This document shows, in pieces, positions 9,610 to 18,167 of a DNA stretch of 64,000 nt. Every line of letters starts with the position of its first letter. Within the stretch, counting starts at the first letter, position 1. The notes beneath the pieces were generated by a model. That model saw nothing but the letters and a program-made list of their open reading frames with translations, did not search any database and was not told the origin of the DNA. A program made the position numbers and the translations under genes. The stretch spans positions 25,904 through 89,903 of the forward strand of contig JACQXB010000023.1 of assembly GCA_016208965.1 (NCBI GenBank), in the 5' to 3' direction. This stretch comes from Nitrospirota bacterium (GTDB taxonomy: Bacteria > Nitrospirota > Thermodesulfovibrionia > UBA6902 > DSMQ01).

Positions 9610-9808
9610 AATCTATTTTTTTATTTTTCATCTTGAAAGCAAAACCATTATAACACATTGTATGTGTTACCAGAATGTGAAATCTCTTTCATGCCATCTG
9701 CGGTATGAACCGCATTGTATCCTGAACCGTCTGGTGCAGGATGGTACATACCCGCGGAGAAGAAAAATGTGGGATGTGGTGCTTCTATTTCTCCTAAATT
9801 AATAACCT

Positions 9809-10207
9809 TTACCTTAATATTTTTACAAAAACAAACAATATTACCAAGCAGATAAGAACATATTTAATGATTTTAATGTCAACATTAATTTTTCTTAGCT
9901 GTTCTAATTGTTGGTACTGAATAATATAGAGTTTATAGCGCTGTTCATCATCAGAACTATCAACAAACGAAAGATGTTCTCTCTCTTCTACTTCTGCTGC
10001 CTTTGTTTCACGTTTCTCGAGATTCTTTAATATCGGGCCGGCAAGAAAAGCAGTAAGTATAACTCCAAGAAATACGCATACGATGATAAGTGGATAACGA
10101 ATAAACGGGGACAGTCCTTTTAGAAAAAGTGAGTCAGCAATATATACTATGCCACCTGTTACTCCAACATATATAAAGGAGACGATTATCGACTGCAAAG
10201 TTTCCAT
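9809..10207 (-). CDS. Hypothetical membrane protein (3 TM)
   Basis: 132-aa ORF with three hydrophobic segments. Confidence 0.55.
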   Translation of the reverse strand: METLQSIIVSFIYVGVTGGIVYIADSLFLKGLSPFIRYPLIIVCVFLGVILTAFLAGPILKNLEKRETKAAEVEEREHLSFVDSSDDEQRYKLYIIQYQQLEQLRKINVDIKIIKYVLICLVILFVFVKILR

Positions 10208-10546
10208 AAGAATTAGATAATAGTTTTATCTTATATAATCTTTATTTCTTTTGCAATGAGAGATAAAAACCTCTCATGGTCTTCTGGCGAAAGACTTTCT
10301 CAAACTGAAACACAGGGTCAAGGAGAAAAAATGCTTCACAGAAACTCCTCAAATGCCTCTCCTCTTTCCTCCTCCAAAGACAGGGAAGCTATCCAAGCCT
10401 CTAATTCAGCCCATGAGGAAACACCATCAGTCGGGCTTAGAAGATTAACTTTCTGTATAAAAAAGTGTAGCTCAACGGAGGGATAGAATCAATTAGAATT
10501 TCACTTAAAAATCTCCCCTCACCCCTTTGTCAAAGAGGGGATTAAA

Positions 10547-10575
10547 ACTGGATTCCCGTTCTCACGGGAATGACA
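10547..10575. repeat. dRS3/RPE-like REP hairpin
   Basis: CTGGATTCCCGTTCTCACGGGAATGACA; related copy at 33152-33178. Confidence 0.65.
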
Positions 10576-10598
10576 GATAAAACGCTATTAATAAGATG

Positions 10599-10883
10599 TT
10601 ACCTTTGTAAAGAAATAACAAGTCGTCTATTAAACACCTTTGCTATCCTGTTAAGGAATTCAAAAGAGGGCATACGCTTATCTTTAGGGCTTTCAACTCT
10701 TGAAATTACTTGCTGTTTAGTCCCTATCTCTTTAGCCAATTGTGCCTGTGTGAGATGATGTGCCTTTCTTAAAAGAGCTATCTCCTGCGCTATCTTCCTT
10801 TTTGCTTCTGCCCTGTCAAAGTAAATCTTAAACTCCTTGTCATTTAAATGTCTCTCAATGTGTTTATCAAGGTCGCTTTTCAT
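10599..10883 (-). CDS. XRE-family HTH protein (HigA-like antitoxin)
   Basis: LTQAQLAKEIGTKQQVISRVE HTH. Confidence 0.85.
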   Translation of the reverse strand: MKSDLDKHIERHLNDKEFKIYFDRAEAKRKIAQEIALLRKAHHLTQAQLAKEIGTKQQVISRVESPKDKRMPSFEFLNRIAKVFNRRLVISLQR

Positions 10884-10884
10884 T

Positions 10885-11259
10885 TCAAACCATTATCTCA
10901 ACCAGTATCTTTTCATACTCAACAACTGGTTTGGTCTTGTGCCTGCCTTCTTTGGTTTTTTCAATCTCTATTAATCCAAGCTCTGAAAGGTAATGGACAT
11001 CGTCTGTAACATTCTTTGCATCTCTGTGTAATATCTTTGCAAGCTTATAGATGGAATCAGGCTTATATTTCCTGATAACCTTCAATATCCTCAATCGTTC
11101 ATCGGTAATAAATTTCCTCATTGTCTTTAATGAGTCAAAAGAGATAACCGATTTAGGTTCTACTTTCTTGCCCTTTGCTACTGCTTTCATGGCATCCTTT
11201 GCCTCTCTAATAAATCCATCTTCACTCTGGATGTCCAATCTTACATTTTTAATCTTCAT
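10885..11259 (-). CDS. Winged-helix DNA-binding protein (HVO_A0114-like, putative antitoxin)
   Basis: PDSIYKLAKILHRDAKNVTDDVHYLSELGLI. Confidence 0.75.
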   Translation of the reverse strand: MKIKNVRLDIQSEDGFIREAKDAMKAVAKGKKVEPKSVISFDSLKTMRKFITDERLRILKVIRKYKPDSIYKLAKILHRDAKNVTDDVHYLSELGLIEIEKTKEGRHKTKPVVEYEKILVEIMV

Positions 11260-11533
11260 GGTTTACCCTCCTTGCATCGTTAAAAAAATCCTCAAAGAGT
11301 TTATCAATGCCCTTAAAGTTATAGGGATAAATATTGTCTTTATAATGCCTGTGGTCTCCTTTTCTTTCTGAATTGTCATAGCCTATTATCCTTTTACCCT
11401 CTCTAATATAAACAAGAGAATATTTAAACCCATGTGGCTTGTCTGGTGTTTCAGTAACTTGCCATGCCTTGATTTCAATAATGTCTCCATTGGGATAAAC
11501 CCTCTTACGCATTATGAAAGGCTTTGCCTTCAT
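11249..11533 (-). CDS. DUF6516/TumE-like putative toxin (true start probably 11533)
   Basis: PHGFKYSL...GYDNSERKGDHRH; the longer ORF-track call reads in from an integrase remnant. Confidence 0.75.
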   Translation of the reverse strand: MKAKPFIMRKRVYPNGDIIEIKAWQVTETPDKPHGFKYSLVYIREGKRIIGYDNSERKGDHRHYKDNIYPYNFKGIDKLFEDFFNDARRVNHED

Positions 11534-11600
11534 ATAGGTTATTATATACCATGTATCAGAATAAAGCAATAAAAAAGGCTTGGAATAACCTTGCCCTAAA

Positions 11601-11717
11601 CTGTATAGTTTTTGTATAGTTGGCTTCTCATTCAAAGTGCTGTCCAGTATATCTACTGCCTTAACCTTATGAGATGGTGCAAGGTGGGAATATCTGAGGG
11701 TCATAGTGAGGGTCTTA
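11601..11717 (-). pseudogene. Tyrosine integrase C-terminal remnant 2
   Basis: KTLTMTLRYSHLAPSHKVKAVDILD; homologous to 8806-8912. Confidence 0.8.
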
Positions 11718-11899
11718 TCAAGAAATGAGACTTTTGACCAATTTCATTCTTTGAGAGTAAAAGGGCACTTCTTTTTATAAACCTCCAGAAGCAAAAAACG
11801 GTCGTTGCCTCTAACTTGGTCGTTTTCGGATAAGAAAAATGCGGGGATGTATTGTCTCTATTAATCCCTATATACTAAGACGAGAATCTTTAAAACCTC

Positions 11900-11929
11900 T
11901 TGACAATAATGTAGCTTATAAGCTACTAT
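11900..11929 (+). promoter_or_regulatory. sigma70 promoter with palindromic operator of the TA operon
   Basis: TTGACA-N18-TACTAT overlapping the perfect palindrome GTAGCTTATAAGCTAC (11911-11926). Confidence 0.75.
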
Positions 11930-11936
11930 CAACATA

Positions 11937-12266
11937 ATGGAAACATGCCCTTTCACGTTTGAGTATTATATTACTGAAACTGGCAAGATTCCATTTAAAG
12001 AGTGGCTTGAAAGCCTCAAAGATATACATGCCCGGGCTAAAATTCGAATTGCACTTGACCGCATAAGGCTGGGAAACTTTGGACATGCTAAGTCTATTGG
12101 TGAGGGCGTTAATGAATTGAAAATTGATTGCGGTCCCGGATACCGCGTATATTATGCTTTTACTGGAAAGACAATTGTTTTGCTTCTGCTTGGCGGAGAT
12201 AAGGCATCACAGAGTAAAGATATTGCTCGTGCAAAGGAGTACAGGAGAGTATTTAAACGGAGGTGA
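11937..12266 (+). CDS. RelE/ParE-family addiction module killer protein
   Basis: PFKEWLESL, GNFGHAKSIGEGVNELKID.GPGYRVYY, LLLGGDK. Confidence 0.9.
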   Translation: METCPFTFEYYITETGKIPFKEWLESLKDIHARAKIRIALDRIRLGNFGHAKSIGEGVNELKIDCGPGYRVYYAFTGKTIVLLLLGGDKASQSKDIARAKEYRRVFKRR

Positions 12267-12271
12267 TATAA

Positions 12272-12583
12272 ATGGCAATAAAACCAAAAAAGAGTTATCA
12301 GGAAGACCTTATTGAAAGTCTGAAAAATCCGAAAGAGGCTGCCGCATATTTGAATGCTGCAATTGAAGAAGGAGACCGTGAATTATTATTGCTCGCGCTC
12401 AGAAATATTGCCGAAGCTCAAGGCGGAATATCAGCAATAGCAAAAAAGGCTCATCTTAACAGGGAACACCTTTATCGTGCTCTTTCAAGGCGAGGCAATC
12501 CTGAAATAAGAAGCCTGCTGACACTGCTTCACGCTATGGGACTGGAGCTTAGTGTAAAGGTGCAGAAACAGGTTTATGCATAA
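12272..12583 (+). CDS. Addiction module antidote protein (HTH)
   Basis: EAAAYLNAAIEEGD, LNREHLYRALS.RGNP. Confidence 0.9.
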   Translation: MAIKPKKSYQEDLIESLKNPKEAAAYLNAAIEEGDRELLLLALRNIAEAQGGISAIAKKAHLNREHLYRALSRRGNPEIRSLLTLLHAMGLELSVKVQKQVYA

Positions 12584-12639
12584 GTCAGCAGATGTAGGCA
12601 CTCTTTATCAAAAATAGTCCCTACTTTTTACTATGTATG

Positions 12640-12788
12640 GTGATAACAAGAAAACTTGTTATCACCCTTTTTTGCGTGGATAACAAGTTAGGAATTATAA
12701 TCACATCCATGAAAAATTGTCAAATTCGTTGCTTAATGCTATCGCTTGTAGTATGATAACAAGAAACCAGTTAATAATATTGTTAGGC
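12640..12788 (+). other. attI-like integron recombination site
   Basis: GATAACAAG at 12642, 12679 and 12755 (inverted copy at 12656), upstream of core site GTTAGGC (12782-12788). Confidence 0.5.
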
Positions 12789-12815
12789 TGTAAATAAAAC
12801 GAAAGGAGACCATCA

Positions 12816-13310
12816 ATGTTCAGATACAAGCCGAGACAAAAGAATTTATTGTATCTGTTCTTAGCTTTTATTTTAGCACTGGGCGTTGGCGGATGTTCTG
12901 TAAAGCTTATTACAGACCATGATGCGAACACATTTGAGGAAATTTTAAAGGTTTCAAAAAAAGTTGATTGATTTTACGGTAACTTACTTGAGACACCAGA
13001 AATCGACAGGAAATATTCGAAATACGCCGAACAATACGTTGAGATAGAAACGGACATTAGATCGCTCATAACACGCAATCAAGCTAGGCCACTAAATGAA
13101 GAATCAATAAAGATTTCAGAAACAATTCTTAAACTTTGGGTTAAATACAAGCAAAAATATCAAAAAGAAGATAGCTACTCAAATGGTACAGCAAAACTTG
13201 ATAGAAATAGATTCGTTAGACTATTCAATGCGGCGGCTGCCGCAGAAGAAGTAAAAAAACTAGAACCAGATGATCGTGATGATAAAAAAGATAGTAAAGA
13301 AGTTAAGTAA
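12816..13310 (+). pseudogene. Lipoprotein of unknown function with an in-frame TGA at 12969-12971
   Basis: AAGGAG RBS, signal peptide with lipobox LGVGG-C; the frame stays open for 112 codons after the TGA; missed by the ORF track. Confidence 0.8.
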
Positions 13311-13344
13311 TTATGAATGAATCGACTTGCAGGAGGTTCCATAA

Positions 13345-13668
13345 ATGGGTTTTGATATTGATAAAACACTAAATGAAATGGCAAAAGCTATTGGAGCAAT
13401 TTTTACCGGTGAGTGGCCCAAAGTCAAAGACTGCGTAGAAAATGTGCTCAAGGATGAGAGGAAAGCATTGGCAGATATTGCGAAAGCTCGATTGTCAGAC
13501 AATATAAATGATGATGAATTAAAATCTCAGCTTGAAGACGAACAGGCAACATTGGAAGCCGCTCTCTTGGTTTGCGGACTAAAAGCAAAAGCAATGGTTC
13601 AGAAGGCAATAAATGCTGCCCTAAAAGTTTTTGAGGATGCTGTTAAAACGGCTATAAAGGCAATGTAA
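13345..13668 (+). CDS. Hypothetical all-alpha protein
   Basis: AGGAGG RBS, 107 aa. Confidence 0.8.
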   Translation: MGFDIDKTLNEMAKAIGAIFTGEWPKVKDCVENVLKDERKALADIAKARLSDNINDDELKSQLEDEQATLEAALLVCGLKAKAMVQKAINAALKVFEDAVKTAIKAM

Positions 13669-13730
13669 CATTAGAAGGTCTACATGGCTTTAGACAAACT
13701 GTAGCATTAAATTGAAAGGAGGTATATAAA

Positions 13731-14057
13731 ATGGCAATCTTTTTTAAATCAACACCAATAATTAACACAGCCAAAGATTTATTTGAAGAAGCTCTAAAAA
13801 CGGATCCTGCCACAATTTCTCAGCCATCTGTTGAGGCAGCTAAAAAGGCAGAGGAAATTGCTCGTTCGGCGAGGGGTTCTTTTTCTTGGGGGCGACTTGC
13901 TGTAGCTATAGTATTACTACTTGGGATATTGATTGCTGCTATCTATACCGCTCAAAACGATAAGTTAGTAGATTTGTATAAGTTGCTACTACATTCTTTT
14001 GAGTTGATCTTAGGAGCGGTTGTAGGTCTTCTCACTGGAGAAGCAATCAGCCGTTAA
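13731..14057 (+). CDS. Hypothetical membrane protein (2 C-terminal TM)
   Basis: AAGGAGG RBS, 108 aa. Confidence 0.8.
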   Translation: MAIFFKSTPIINTAKDLFEEALKTDPATISQPSVEAAKKAEEIARSARGSFSWGRLAVAIVLLLGILIAAIYTAQNDKLVDLYKLLLHSFELILGAVVGLLTGEAISR

Positions 14058-14093
14058 AAAAAAGATAAGGACAGCGTCATGGAATGTATGAGT

Positions 14094-14153
14094 GCCTAAC
14101 AAATCACTCAAGACCGACGCGCAAAATCGCGCGTCTTAGTTCGGCCGTTAAAA
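14094..14153 (+). other. attC site (60 bp)
   Basis: R'' GCCTAAC, 5-bp spacer, L'' ACTCAAG, stem GACGCGC/GCGCGTC, L' CTTAGT, 6-bp spacer, R' GTTAAAA. Confidence 0.85.
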
Positions 14154-14317
14154 TGAATTTATTCAGGAAACTGTTCACTCCCAATAAAACAACGTGCAAA
14201 TTGGGCAAGAAATCTATTATAACTCTTTCCTAAATGTGGGTTGATAATTCTGATATTAAGAATCGGGCGGTAAATATTCCCACTGCATAATGTAAAGGGG
14301 CAATTCTTGATGGGCAT
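14147..14317 (-). pseudogene. Probable retropepsin-like aspartyl protease remnant (internally deleted, truncated at attC)
   Basis: MPIKNCPF..YRPILNIRIINPH joined out of frame to DFLPNLHVVLLGVNSFLNKFIL; TAATG coupling to the DUF5678-like gene. Confidence 0.55.
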
Positions 14318-14511
14318 TAGTAAATGTGAACCCTGTCTTTTTCAGGGACATAGAAGATTACAGGGTCTTTTGCTCCTTTTTTCTTTGCTTCCTCAAAGAC
14401 CTTTGATGGGTATTTGCCAAAGCTTAGGACTCTTTTATCTTTGAATGATTTTGTGGCTACATATTGACCGCTGTATTTATCCCCATCTTTTACTAAAATG
14501 TTTCGTGGCAT
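14317..14511 (-). CDS. DUF5678-like small protein
   Basis: KYSGQYVA...VFEEAKKKG..DPVIFYVP; GGAGG RBS before the ATG at 14511. Confidence 0.75.
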   Translation of the reverse strand: MPRNILVKDGDKYSGQYVATKSFKDKRVLSFGKYPSKVFEEAKKKGAKDPVIFYVPEKDRVHIY

Positions 14512-14564
14512 ATAACCCTCCGATCTTAATGCTATTATATCAGAAAATATATAAAATGAGACTT

Positions 14565-15581
14565 TCAATCCTTTAGTCTATTGGTAAAAACCTTTATCTC
14601 TTCTAATTTCTTGTAAGCCTTTCCTGAATCTATTACATTGGATGCCTTGCCTACGGCATCAGAGAAGTTTTCTGCCACATCTCCTGATATAAGGGCTGCT
14701 GCTGTATTGAGTAAGACTATATCCCTCTTGGCTCCCTTCTTGCCATTTAATATATCAAGGGTTATCTTTGCGTTCTCCTGAGCAACACCTCCAATTAAAT
14801 CTTCTTTTTTAGCCCTTGTAAGACCTAAATCCTCAGGTGTTATGTAGTAAGTATTAACTCTGCCATTTTTTAGCTCTGATATCTTTGTTCTTCCTGTAAT
14901 TGTTATCTCATCAAGTCCGTCCTCGCCATGAACAACAAAAGCGCGTGCTGTACCAAGGTTATTAAGTGCCTCTGCTATTACCTCTGTGAGATCACCCCTG
15001 AAAACACCAAGCACCTGTCTTTTAGCCCCCGCAGGATTTGTAAGAGGCCCAAGCATATTAAATATAGTCCTTATCCCCATCTCTTTTCTTGGGCCTATGG
15101 CATACTTCATTGCTGGATGAAATAGTGGAGCAAATAAGAATCCAAATCCTGTAGCATTAAGGCATTCTTCAACCTCTTCGGGCCTGAGGTCTATTCTTAC
15201 ACCTAATGCCTCAAGCACATCTGCGCTTCCTGATTGACTTGATACAGAACGGTTTCCGTGCTTGGCTACCGGGACTCCGCAGGCAGCTACAATTATGGCT
15301 GAGGTAGTAGATATATTGAATGTATGAGCCATATCGCCGCCAGTCCCACAGGTATCAACAGTGCGGTCAGGCGCCTTTATTTTTACTGCCTTTTCACGCA
15401 TAACCCTTGCTGCGACTGTAATCTCCTCAATGGTCTCGCCTTTTATTCTTATGGCGGTAAGAAAAGACGCAATCTGGGCATCTGTGGCACTGCCTTCCAT
15501 TATGTCACGCATTGCCCCAGCCATCTGGTCCTGAGAGAGATTATTGTTGTGCACTAATAAATTAATTGCCTCTTTAATCAT
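14565..15581 (-). CDS. trpD: Anthranilate phosphoribosyltransferase
   Basis: DTCGTGGD, FNIST, KHGNRSVSS.SGSAD. Confidence 0.96.
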   Translation of the reverse strand: MIKEAINLLVHNNNLSQDQMAGAMRDIMEGSATDAQIASFLTAIRIKGETIEEITVAARVMREKAVKIKAPDRTVDTCGTGGDMAHTFNISTTSAIIVAACGVPVAKHGNRSVSSQSGSADVLEALGVRIDLRPEEVEECLNATGFGFLFAPLFHPAMKYAIGPRKEMGIRTIFNMLGPLTNPAGAKRQVLGVFRGDLTEVIAEALNNLGTARAFVVHGEDGLDEITITGRTKISELKNGRVNTYYITPEDLGLTRAKKEDLIGGVAQENAKITLDILNGKKGAKRDIVLLNTAAALISGDVAENFSDAVGKASNVIDSGKAYKKLEEIKVFTNRLKD

Positions 15582-15763
15582 TAGCTTTTGTCATATTATA
15601 GCATCTTCCAGTATTTATTCATGCCAAAATTTTAGCGTCTGTCTTATAATAGTCAGATACTTTGCTGGGGAAGATTGAGAGGAGGGAGAACGATTGGATT
15701 AACTCCGTCATAAATCTCCTGCTTAACCTGCAGAAGACCGTGGAAGAAGAGAGCATGGACGCA

Positions 15764-15915
15764 CAACCTGAGTCCCTGCTTGAGGCGATAGACGCCTTCC
15801 CCGGCGCCGTAGTTATCGTTACCCATAGCGAAATGATACTTCATGCCATCGCGACAAGGCTCATTGTCTTTGACAACGGGAAGGCAACACTTTTTGAAGG
15901 CACGTATACAGAACA
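15764..15915 (+). pseudogene. Fragment of an ABC-F family ATPase
   Basis: ESLLEAIDAFPGAVVIVTHSE...FEGTY (H-loop region only). Confidence 0.6.
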
Positions 15916-15989
15916 ACGTAAAAGATTTTATCAATATAAATTTCCCTCCCTTTGCCAAAGAGAAGGAAATAAATGCGTGCTTTACAAAA

Positions 15990-16232
15990 TTAAGAAACTT
16001 TTTGATAACGCCGGGAGCCTTTAGCTATTTTGCCTTCCCTTTTCATCCTGCTTATCAAACTCTCTACAGTTTCATCTTTAAAAAGCTCTCTCCTAAGTTT
16101 TGTATAATCTCCTTCGCCTTTTTCATACTGCAGGAAGAATTTTAAGGCGTCCGCAACTCCAAGATGTTCTTTTAACACTTTCCATCCGGCTTTTCTCAAC
16201 TCTACAGGTGTTAATTCTAAAGCTTTCCTCAT
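15990..16232 (-). CDS. Putative antitoxin partner of the PIN toxin
   Basis: LKEHLGVADALKFFLQYEKGEGDYT; coupled to the PIN gene. Confidence 0.7.
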   Translation of the reverse strand: MRKALELTPVELRKAGWKVLKEHLGVADALKFFLQYEKGEGDYTKLRRELFKDETVESLISRMKREGKIAKGSRRYQKVS

Positions 16233-16678
16233 TACTTGAAAACCTCCTCTACTACAAATCTTATTAAGGGTCTAACCTTAACTTTCAACATTTTCTCTAT
16301 GGTTTTGCATTTCTTTACCAGAATATCATCACATGTCACAAAAAAGTCAGCTTTTGCATTTTCTGCACATGCAATATGTAGTGCATCAATACCCATAATA
16401 CCAAACTTCTCAATCTCTTTTGCCCTTTTTTCTAAATCCTCATCATAGTCAACATATGTTGAAGATAATTCCAATAAATCACTGATTATGTCTTTACGGT
16501 CTGTATAAGGATTATGGCTGTTTTCATCTTCAAGTGTAAAAGAACTTACGATAGTGATTTCTTTCTTGATAGCTTTTGACAGCAGCAATATGAATTCCAA
16601 TGTCTCTATAACAATTCTTGCCTGCCGCTGCTCATCAAAAGGTCTGTTGTATACACAGAGGTCTAAATATAATTTCAC
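16232..16678 (-). CDS. PIN-domain (VapC-like) toxin
   Basis: YLDLCVYNRPFD, DALHIACAE, FFVTCDD. Confidence 0.88.
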   Translation of the reverse strand: MKLYLDLCVYNRPFDEQRQARIVIETLEFILLLSKAIKKEITIVSSFTLEDENSHNPYTDRKDIISDLLELSSTYVDYDEDLEKRAKEIEKFGIMGIDALHIACAENAKADFFVTCDDILVKKCKTIEKMLKVKVRPLIRFVVEEVFK

Positions 16679-16779
16679 TTTTCAGCTGCCTTTTACAATT
16701 GAAATCTCAATGTATCTTACTATAAAAGGGTGCATACTCCTGCTCTTTTATAAGATTAGCAGCATAAGGATAAAATTTA

Positions 16780-16835
16780 ATATAGGGCTGTCCATGACAA
16801 ATATTGGGGTCTATTTCTATAGGTTCATTTATTAA
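16780..16835 (-). pseudogene. DUF433-like fragment
   Basis: IEIDPNICHGQPYIK motif only. Confidence 0.45.
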
Positions 16836-16945
16836 ATTTACCCTCTTCTCGTAAACGATAAGAAATTTGATTTTATTCTTGCACATTCTTTTATAATCTG
16901 TCAAACGATAAAAAGGGCTTGTACCTCAGGTTGCTAAACTCGCTA

Positions 16946-17710
16946 CTAAGGTAAGAGTTTAACTTGTTTGAAAACTTTTTTAAAAGAGGAAATCAAGTTT
17001 TTTGCTCGGTTATAATACATGGCATGGGAAGGCTTATCTCTGACATTTGATATATCCAGAATTGTCGTGTTTATTCCAATAGGGCAATTTCCACCTAAGA
17101 GAAAAAGATCAACGTCATCCTTAAACTCTTTGATACCTTCAATTGGGTCAATAATAGGTTTATGACCGGATCTATTAGCAGAGGTATTTGCAATCGGAAA
17201 ATCAGCTTCTTCAACAAGAACTTCGGTTACTTTATCCATGCAAACTATAAGTACAGAATCAGAATTAGAAGTCACAAAATCAGGAATAGCATAATTTCCT
17301 TCTCGATTTTTTTTCTTCTTTAAGACAAAACTGAGATAACCAGGCCAAAATTTCTGTGGTAATATTTCAAATTTCTTATCAATTACTGCCCACTCTTTCA
17401 AACGGTTATATTTAGCAAGCACGGTCAATGCTTTGTCTCGTGACCTATTTTTGACGCGGTATAATCTCTCCACGGCTTTCTTATCCGTTGCTTTGACAGC
17501 TATTCCATATGTGAGTTCAGAGTAATATAAAACGAGACCACCATTGCCCAACACTTTTATAGCTTGTTGCACATTTTCTTTTACTGTTGGCCCAAGCAAA
17601 ATTTTATTAATTAATTGAGGATCATCACGCTTTAAATCTTCCATAAATTTCAGCAATTCTTCTGTTGGTGGATACAAAAGTTCCTTTTTCCCTCTCATGG
17701 TATTAGTCAT
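16946..17710 (-). CDS. Divergent YrdC/Sua5/TsaC-family protein (C-terminus possibly truncated)
   Basis: K.R (KNRSRDK), FWPG and TSANRSG motifs; the PTETVYG motif is replaced by YSELTYG. Confidence 0.8.
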   Translation of the reverse strand: MTNTMRGKKELLYPPTEELLKFMEDLKRDDPQLINKILLGPTVKENVQQAIKVLGNGGLVLYYSELTYGIAVKATDKKAVERLYRVKNRSRDKALTVLAKYNRLKEWAVIDKKFEILPQKFWPGYLSFVLKKKKNREGNYAIPDFVTSNSDSVLIVCMDKVTEVLVEEADFPIANTSANRSGHKPIIDPIEGIKEFKDDVDLFLLGGNCPIGINTTILDISNVRDKPSHAMYYNRAKNLISSFKKVFKQVKLLP

Positions 17711-17759
17711 TAATTCCTCTCCAAAAGAAAATATATTTAATTACCAAAACTAATATGTC

Positions 17760-18167
17760 CTAATCCAAATACTTCCGTGGATCGGTGACTTTCCCTTCAA
17801 TTGCAGATACTGCTACAGAGGCCGGAGAGGCCAAAATTACTTTTGCATTCAGGCCTCCCATTCTTCCTAAAAAATTTCTATTATTTGAACTGATAAGTGT
17901 GTCATTATCTGCTACTAAGCCACCGTTTATCCCCGAACATAATCCACATGCAGGGTGTATGATAATTGCTCCAGCCTCTGCAAGAGTCGCTATAATACCT
18001 TTTTGAATTGCCTCAAGATATACTTTTCTTGACGCTGGTGTTACAATAAATTCTACACGATCATTGACTTTTCGATTTTTTAATATAGAGGCGGCAACCT
18101 GCAAATCTTCTAAACGGCCATTAGTACACGAGCCAAGAAACGCTTTTCGTATTTCTTTGCCTTCTAC
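17760..18167 (-). pseudogene. C-terminal fragment of an aconitase/LeuC/homoaconitase large subunit
   Basis: FLGSCTNGRLEDL, PACGLCSG, NRNFLGRMG, ASPA; N-terminal part is missing. Confidence 0.85.

Larger units (their letters stand above)
12783..14147 (+). mobile_element. Integron gene cassette carrying three genes
   Basis: Begins at G/TTAGGC, which is the exact reverse complement of GCCTAAC in the downstream attC. Confidence 0.8.

Noticed and set aside
10340-10460. Minus-strand fragment SSWAELEAWIASLSLEEERGEAFEEF, reminiscent of restriction-helicase N-termini
   Set aside because: Too short and disrupted to assign without a search.
11249-11704. 151-aa ORF as a novel integrase-toxin fusion
   Set aside because: An integrase remnant happens to be in frame with the DUF6516-like gene, which has its own ATG at 11533.
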